DNA from: Paracoccus sp. UBA889
GTDB taxonomy: Bacteria; Pseudomonadota; Alphaproteobacteria; Rhodobacterales; Rhodobacteraceae
NCBI RefSeq assembly: GCF_002294185.1
Contig: NZ_DBFD01000050.1
DNA: 64,000 nt
Strand: one strand, 5' to 3'
This document shows positions 59,299 through 64,000 of this stretch, piece by piece. A model generated the notes under the pieces. The model did no database searches. It was given only the letters and a program-made list of their open reading frames with translations, and was not told the DNA's origin. Each line of letters starts with the position of its first letter. Position 1 is the stretch's first letter. The position numbers and the translations under genes were made by a program.

Positions 59299-60053
59299 AC
59301 CGAAGTCCAGCCTTCCTCTTGTTCCTGGGCGGCGACATCCAGAAGGGTGCCTTCGCTGACCTCGCCCTGGATCGCCGTTCGGCCGATCACCGTCCCGGGC
59401 GTGCCGATGAAGGCCAGTATCCGGGCCAGTGCCGCGCTGTTTTCAAGGTCACGGATAACGCTGTCGCTGTCCATGTCCGCGAACATTTTCGCCTGGTCTA
59501 TACCGATATCCTGCGCAAGAACGCGAAGATATTCGGGCGTGACCTGAAACGGCGTCTTCATGAGACGTTCATGGAACGCCGCATAGGCCCCCTGGATTCT
59601 TGCCGCCAGTGCCGCTTTCGCGGCCAGCGTCGAGGCCTGACCCAGAAGCGGCCATTCATGCACGATCACCCGGATGCCGGCGTCGGGACGCGCCTCGATG
59701 GCCGAAAGCCGCTTGGTCAGCACACGGCAATAGGGGCAGTAATAATCCGAAAAGAACGCCACCGGAACAGGCTGGCCGTCCCTCGGGGTTTCGCCATAGA
59801 GAGAGGCGCAGATATTCTGCCGGACCCTGGATTCGACATCCGCCAGGTTGCTTCGCGATTGCGGCTTCAACCCGAAGAACGGGTCAAAACCGGTCGAACT
59901 TTCGCCGCCCGCCAGCCGCCGGAAACCGGACGGGTCGTTCATCTTCTCGAAGACAAGCTTGTCCCCGCCCCAGCCCGGAACGATCCGAAAGCCGGCATAC
60001 AATGCCGCGAGCCCGGAAAAAATCAGCAGCGTTCGTCGTTTCTCGGAGGTCAT
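59283..60053 (-). CDS. DsbA-family thioredoxin protein (ScsC-like), possible Tat signal
   Basis: KRRTLL leader, SDYYCPYC, HEWPLLG, cis-Pro GTP. Confidence 0.85.
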   Translation of the reverse strand: MTSEKRRTLLIFSGLAALYAGFRIVPGWGGDKLVFEKMNDPSGFRRLAGGESSTGFDPFFGLKPQSRSNLADVESRVRQNICASLYGETPRDGQPVPVAFFSDYYCPYCRVLTKRLSAIEARPDAGIRVIVHEWPLLGQASTLAAKAALAARIQGAYAAFHERLMKTPFQVTPEYLRVLAQDIGIDQAKMFADMDSDSVIRDLENSAALARILAFIGTPGTVIGRTAIQGEVSEGTLLDVAAQEQEEGWTSVCRQT

Positions 60054-60353
60054 TTCGGCGGGTTCGCTTTCATTGCGATCGGTTCACAATCCCATTCGGC
60101 TTGCGGAGGCCAGGGCACCCGCGCGGCCATCGTCACGATTCCGCCCGAACCCGGGACGATCCCGGGAAGGCGGACAATATCAACCTGCGGCCCTGATGCC
60201 CAGCCGACGCGCAGTGGCCGGGGTTGGCTGCGCCGGGGCGCGCGGCCGCGTCCTCAGTGTCGCCATCTCGGCCGACGGAGGCCGGGTTTTTCCGTGACAT
60301 CGCTGCATGTCCGGCCTTCTGCCTGTCCGGTGGATGGTCCGATCTCGTTGGCG

Positions 60354-60375
60354 ACCTCCTGCGCGGGAAGGTCAA
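60354..60375 (-). promoter_or_regulatory. CueR-like box fused to -35 (TTGA-CCTTCC-N6-GGAGGT)
   Basis: Points toward the dsbA-dsbD operon. Confidence 0.65.
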
Positions 60376-60422
60376 TGCGACGAACCGATCCGGAATTCAC
60401 TTTTATGTCAGGCTGATTGGGC

Positions 60423-60444
60423 TTGACCCTCCTGCGCTGGAAGG
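60423..60444 (+). promoter_or_regulatory. CueR-like box fused to -35 (TTGA-CCCTCC-N6-GGAAGG)
   Basis: Points toward the MCO remnant, cytochrome c and dsbA. Confidence 0.6.
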
Positions 60445-60494
60445 CGGTCACGGCTGATCGGAAGGGAACGGAAACGGCAGCGTCCGGAAGATAG

Positions 60495-60686
60495 CCGGTC
60501 GATGGATTCGACCGTGGACGTTTCCTTGTGGCCGGGATAGCCAGAACGCCGATGCCTGATCGCCCGATGACCGGCGCTGGAGAGGCGCGCAATTTCGTTT
60601 CGGTCGCGGGCAATTCCGGCGATTGGCAATTTCACCGACAGATGTCCGGTCGCGTCCCGGCGGGCATGATGACCTGGGAAGGGTGA
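60495..60686 (+). pseudogene. Decayed C-terminal remnant of a multicopper oxidase
   Basis: Translation ...PMPDRPMTGAGEARNFVSVAGNSGDWQFHRQMSGRVPAGMMTWEG* aligns with the MCO tail (GETR.IAFVADNPGDWLFHCHM..H..SGMMTW), with Cu ligands mutated. Not in the ORF track. Confidence 0.7.
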
Positions 60687-60691
60687 GACGG

Positions 60692-61159
60692 ATGCGAACA
60701 TATTCAATCGTCGCCGCGCTGGTCCTGATCGCCGCCGGCATCGGTTTCGGGTTCTGGCGCCAGAGCGGAACGGATGCCGCCACGGGCGCGATGCCGGAAA
60801 CCGTCGACATTGCGAAAGGTCAGCAGCTCTATGCCGAATCCTGCGCCGCCTGCCACGGCGCCAATCTCGAAGGGCAGCCCGATTGGCGCCAGGCCGGTCC
60901 CGACGGCGTTCTGCCCGCGCCGCCGCATGACGAGACGGGGCATACATGGCATCATGCCGACCGGATGCTTTTCGACTATACGAAACTGGGCGGCAAGGCG
61001 GCTCTTGCGCGTCAGGGCATGGATTTCGCCAGCGGAATGCCCGGTTTCGGCGACCAGTTGTCTGATGCCGAGATCTGGAACATCATCGCCTATATCAAAT
61101 CGACTTGGCCCGAACGCGAGCGTGCGATCCAGGCCGAACGGAATGCTGACCCCGGTTAG
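60692..61159 (+). CDS. Monoheme c-type cytochrome
   Basis: Membrane anchor/signal, CAACH, PAPPHDETGHTWHH, axial Met in GMPGF. Confidence 0.92.
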   Translation: MRTYSIVAALVLIAAGIGFGFWRQSGTDAATGAMPETVDIAKGQQLYAESCAACHGANLEGQPDWRQAGPDGVLPAPPHDETGHTWHHADRMLFDYTKLGGKAALARQGMDFASGMPGFGDQLSDAEIWNIIAYIKSTWPERERAIQAERNADPG

Positions 61160-61175
61160 CGGAAAGGACATAGAA

Positions 61176-61907
61176 ATGCGATTCATTCGACATGCGGTCA
61201 TGGCCACCAGCCTTGCGATCCTGCCGCTTGCCTCGGCGGCACAGGAGCCCAGCGACGAGCGGATCAAGGAACTGGCGTTGCAGGCCATCCGCGAAAATCC
61301 GCAGATCATCATCGAGGCGATCCAATCCCTGGAAGCCGATCAGGCCGCCGCGCAGTCGCAGGCGCAGTCGGATGTCCTGACGAACCAGCGCGATCTGCTT
61401 GAACGCGACCCGAATGCGCCGGTTCTCGGAAATCCGGACGGGGATGTGACCGTCGTCGAGTTCTTCGACTACAATTGCCCCTATTGCAGACGGGCCATGG
61501 CCGAGGTCGAGGGTCTTGTAGAAGACGATGAAAACGTCAGGCTTGTCTATCGCGAATGGCCGATCCTCGGGGAGGGATCGGTGTTTGCCGCGCGTGCCGC
61601 CCTGGCCTCGCGCGAACAGGGCAAATACGAGGAATTCCATCTGGCTCTGATGGGGATGCAGGGGCGGGCGGAAGAAGCCTCGGTGATGCGGATCGCGGAA
61701 GAGATCGGGCTGGATGTCGAGAAATTGCGCGCCGACATGGCCGCGCCGGAAGTCGACGAACATATCGCGACCTCCCGGCGGCTGACGCAGGCGCTTGGCT
61801 TCAACGGCACGCCGTCCTTCGTGATCGGCGACAACCTGGTTCCGGGCTTTGTCGAACAGGAACAGCTCGGCGCCCTGGTCGAGCAGGTGCGCAGCGCGGC
61901 GCAATAG
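61176..61907 (+). CDS. DsbA-family protein (ScsC/Com1-like)
   Basis: Signal peptide, IRENPQIIIEAI, VEFFDYNCPYC, REWPILG, NGTPSF. Confidence 0.92.
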   Translation: MRFIRHAVMATSLAILPLASAAQEPSDERIKELALQAIRENPQIIIEAIQSLEADQAAAQSQAQSDVLTNQRDLLERDPNAPVLGNPDGDVTVVEFFDYNCPYCRRAMAEVEGLVEDDENVRLVYREWPILGEGSVFAARAALASREQGKYEEFHLALMGMQGRAEEASVMRIAEEIGLDVEKLRADMAAPEVDEHIATSRRLTQALGFNGTPSFVIGDNLVPGFVEQEQLGALVEQVRSAAQ

Positions 61908-61921
61908 GATCGACGGGCCGC

Positions 61922-61948
61922 TTCGGCGCCGGGCTGCCCGGCGCCGAA
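61922..61948. terminator. Bidirectional hairpin between convergent dsbA and copZ
   Basis: 12-bp perfect stem TTCGGCGCCGGG / CCCGGCGCCGAA, 3-nt loop. Confidence 0.6.
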
Positions 61949-61954
61949 CAGGAC

Positions 61955-62161
61955 TCAGGTTGCGGCCGGATCCGCCACCTCGTAGCCCGCATCGCGGATC
62001 GCTTCGGATACGGCGCGGTCGCTGAGAAAGCTTTCGACCGAAACGGTGTGGCTGCCAAGATCGCAATTGACCTTCGCCGTCGGGTCAAGCGCCTTGACGG
62101 ACTTTTCGATCGCCGCCGTGCAGTGACCGCAACTCATGCCGGGAACGCTGAAGTTGCTCAT
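61955..62161 (-). CDS. copZ: Copper chaperone (HMA domain)
   Basis: GMSCGHC motif. AAGGAG spacing favours ATG 62161. Confidence 0.92.
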   Translation of the reverse strand: MSNFSVPGMSCGHCTAAIEKSVKALDPTAKVNCDLGSHTVSVESFLSDRAVSEAIRDAGYEVADPAAT

Positions 62162-62194
62162 GTTCATCTCCTTTGTCTGCGCCGACAGGTGGGT

Positions 62195-62216
62195 GCTTCC
62201 AGCACGGGAAGGTCAA
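62195..62216 (-). promoter_or_regulatory. CueR-like box for copZ (TTGA-CCTTCC-N6-GGAAGC)
   Basis: Directly upstream of the copZ RBS. Confidence 0.7.
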
Positions 62217-62243
62217 GGGGGAAACAAATTCGCCTCGAAACAC

Positions 62244-62272
62244 TTGACCTTCCAGTAGGTGGAAGCCTTATG
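62244..62272 (+). promoter_or_regulatory. Canonical CueR promoter of copA
   Basis: TTGA-CCTTCC-N7-GGAAGC; TTGACC is 19 bp from TATGTG, a MerR-type long spacer. Confidence 0.85.
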
Positions 62273-62300
62273 TGACGATCCAGCAGTGTAGGAGACAACC

Positions 62301-64000
62301 ATGCCAGCTTCACAAAATCTGCGGATCCCGGTCCAGAACATGTCCTGCGCGTCCTGTGTCGGTCGGGTCGATCGCGCGATTTCGGGGCTGCCCGGCGTCG
62401 ATGAGGTCAATGTGAACCTTGCGGCGGAGACGGCGCAGTTCCGGATCGATTCCGCCGATCGCCTTCCGCAGGTGGTCCAGGCGCTGGACAGCGCCGGCTA
62501 TCCCGCCCGCACCCGGAAGGTGCGTCTTGCCATTTCGTCCATGTCCTGTGCGTCCTGCGTCGGCCGCGTCGACAAGGCGCTGGCGGCCGTTCCCGGCGTG
62601 ACCGAGGTCAATGTCAATCTTGCGTCCGAAACCGCGACCGTGACCTTCGTGGAAGGGGCGGTTGAACTGGACGCGCTGATCCGGGCCGCAGATGCGGCCG
62701 GCTATCCCGCGAAGGCCGCCGATGAGACCCCGGTGGAAGAGCGGGGCGAGCGCAAGCAGGCGGAAGTCCGCGCGCTGGCCCGCAAGACCGCCTTCGCGGC
62801 GGCGCTGGCCTTGCCCGTCTTCATGCTGGAAATGGGCACGATCCTGATTCCGGGAATGCATGATCTGGTCGCGCGGACAATCGGCCAGCAGACAAGCTGG
62901 GCGATCCAGTTCGTGATGGTGACCATCGCGATGTTCGGCCCCGGTCGGGATTTCTATACCAAGGGTATTCCCGCGCTGGTGAAAGGCGCGCCGGACATGA
63001 ACAGTCTGGTCGCGGTGGGCACCGGGGCTGCCTACCTTTATTCCGTCACGGCGCTATTCGCGCCCGCACTGCTGCCCGAGGCGTCCCGCGCCGTCTATTT
63101 CGAGGCAGCGGCGGTCATCCTGGCGCTGATCCTTCTGGGTCGGTTCCTGGAAGCCCGCGCCAAGGGCCGTGCGGGGGCGGCGATCCAGAAGCTGCTGGGC
63201 CTTCAGGCCCGGACCGCCCGCGTCCTGGTGGATGGCGAGCCGCAGGAAATCGCGATCGAGCGCATTCGCGCCGGCGACGTTCTTGTCGTGCGGCCGGGCG
63301 AACGCATCGCCGTGGACGGCGAGGTGACCGAGGGCAGCGCCCATGTCGATGAAAGCATGATCACGGGCGAGCCGATTCCGGTGGCCAAGTCCGCGGGCGA
63401 TCCGGTCACCGGCGGCACCGTCAACGGGGCCGGCAGCTTCCAGTTTCGTGCCACGCGCGTCGGTGCGGACACGACGCTGGCGCAGATCATCCGCATGGTG
63501 GAAGACGCGCAGGGCGCCAAGCTGCCGATTCAGGGCCTGGTCGACAGGATCACGCTGTGGTTCGTGCCCGCGGTGATGGCCCTTGCGGCGGTGACCGTGC
63601 TGGTCTGGCTTCTGGTCGGGCCATCGCCTGCCCTGTCCTATGCCGTGGTGGCGGGCGTATCGGTGCTGATCATCGCCTGCCCTTGCGCAATGGGGCTTGC
63701 GACGCCCACCTCGATCATGGTCGGGACCGGCCGCGCCGCGGAAATGGGGGTGCTGTTTCGCAAGGGCGATGCCTTGCAGCAATTGACCTCGGTCGATGTC
63801 GTGGCGCTGGACAAGACCGGCACCGTCACCGAGGGCCGACCCGAACTGACCGATCTGGAACTGGCCGAAGGGTTCGACCGCGCCGAGGTGCTGGGGCTGG
63901 TCGCCGCTGTCGAGGAACGGTCCGAACATCCCATCGCCGAAGCGATCGTCCGCGCCGCCCAGTCCGAGGGCGCTGCCCGACAGGAAACCGGGAATTTCGA
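62301..64000 (+). CDS. copA: Cu(+)-translocating P1B-type ATPase (3' truncated by window edge)
   Basis: Absent from the ORF track because there is no stop in the window. RBS GGAG; two MSCASC HMA domains, [28 protein letters not shown]. Confidence 0.95.
   Translation, partial: MPASQNLRIPVQNMSCASCVGRVDRAISGLPGVDEVNVNLAAETAQFRIDSADRLPQVVQALDSAGYPARTRKVRLAISSMSCASCVGRVDKALAAVPGVTEVNVNLASETATVTFVEGAVELDALIRAADAAGYPAKAADETPVEERGERKQAEVRALARKTAFAAALALPVFMLEMGTILIPGMHDLVARTIGQQTSWAIQFVMVTIAMFGPGRDFYTKGIPALVKGAPDMNSLVAVGTGAAYLYSVTALFAPALLPEASRAVYFEAAAVILALILLGRFLEARAKGRAGAAIQKLLGLQARTARVLVDGEPQEIAIERIRAGDVLVVRPGERIAVDGEVTEGSAHVDESMITGEPIPVAKSAGDPVTGGTVNGAGSFQFRATRVGADTTLAQIIRMVEDAQGAKLPIQGLVDRITLWFVPAVMALAAVTVLVWLLVGPSPALSYAVVAGVSVLIIACPCAMGLATPTSIMVGTGRAAEMGVLFRKGDALQQLTSVDVVALDKTGTVTEGRPELTDLELAEGFDRAEVLGLVAAVEERSEHPIAEAIVRAAQSEGAARQETGNF

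Noticed and set aside
60070-60340. Possible decayed gene between the CueR-like box and dsbA
   Set aside because: The 280-bp gap is suspicious and RRLGI faintly recalls DUF411, but no frame gives a consistent alignment. A tblastn search is needed.
60395-60457. VRLIGLDPP resembling the thermonuclease VRLIGID motif
   Set aside because: It coincides with the CueR-like box sequence and the rest of the frame is not nuclease-like.

Overview
High-GC alphaproteobacterial DNA; gene content and style suggest Rhodobacteraceae (Paracoccus-like). I saw no rRNA, tRNA, CRISPR array, transposase or core housekeeping gene. The window is a chain of self-contained uptake-plus-catabolism modules, which suggests a chromid, megaplasmid or accessory region. 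In order: (1) end of a ferric-hydroxamate ABC system plus a siderophore-interacting protein; (2) an IclR-linked SelA/DgaE-like PLP enzyme, Rid protein, COG3964 amidohydrolase and peptide-type ABC importer; (3) galBCD 4-oxalomesaconate lower pathway with a double-HTH LysR and a DUF1932-type oxidoreductase but no ring-cleavage genes, converging on tcuAB with a GntR and an AbrB-family membrane protein; (4) an HTH_13/Fic-like protein and a Pat-like GNAT; (5) a LysR, DUF1445, TRAP, DUF2848, pxpBCA operon; (6) ArsR-SRPBCC; (7) a LacI-controlled sugar ABC with a Gfo/Idh/MocA and TIM-barrel pair; (8) a CAP-RTX protein; (9) malonate matR-TRAP-matAB; (10) an IclR-linked TRAP, SCP2-type thiolase, acyl-CoA ligase, tandem-PPC and SDR operon, followed by a small RHH protein, an FAH and a 2-hydroxyacid dehydrogenase; (11) a copper/disulfide island with a DsbD/ScsB-like protein, two DsbA-like proteins, a cytochrome c, a decayed multicopper-oxidase remnant, copZ, copA and four CueR-like boxes. 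Family calls come from motif recognition by eye; no database search was run. Start codons were re-picked by RBS and overlap logic where the ORF track over-extends. The best candidates for undescribed systems are the orphan catabolic pathways in modules 2, 3, 5 and 10.
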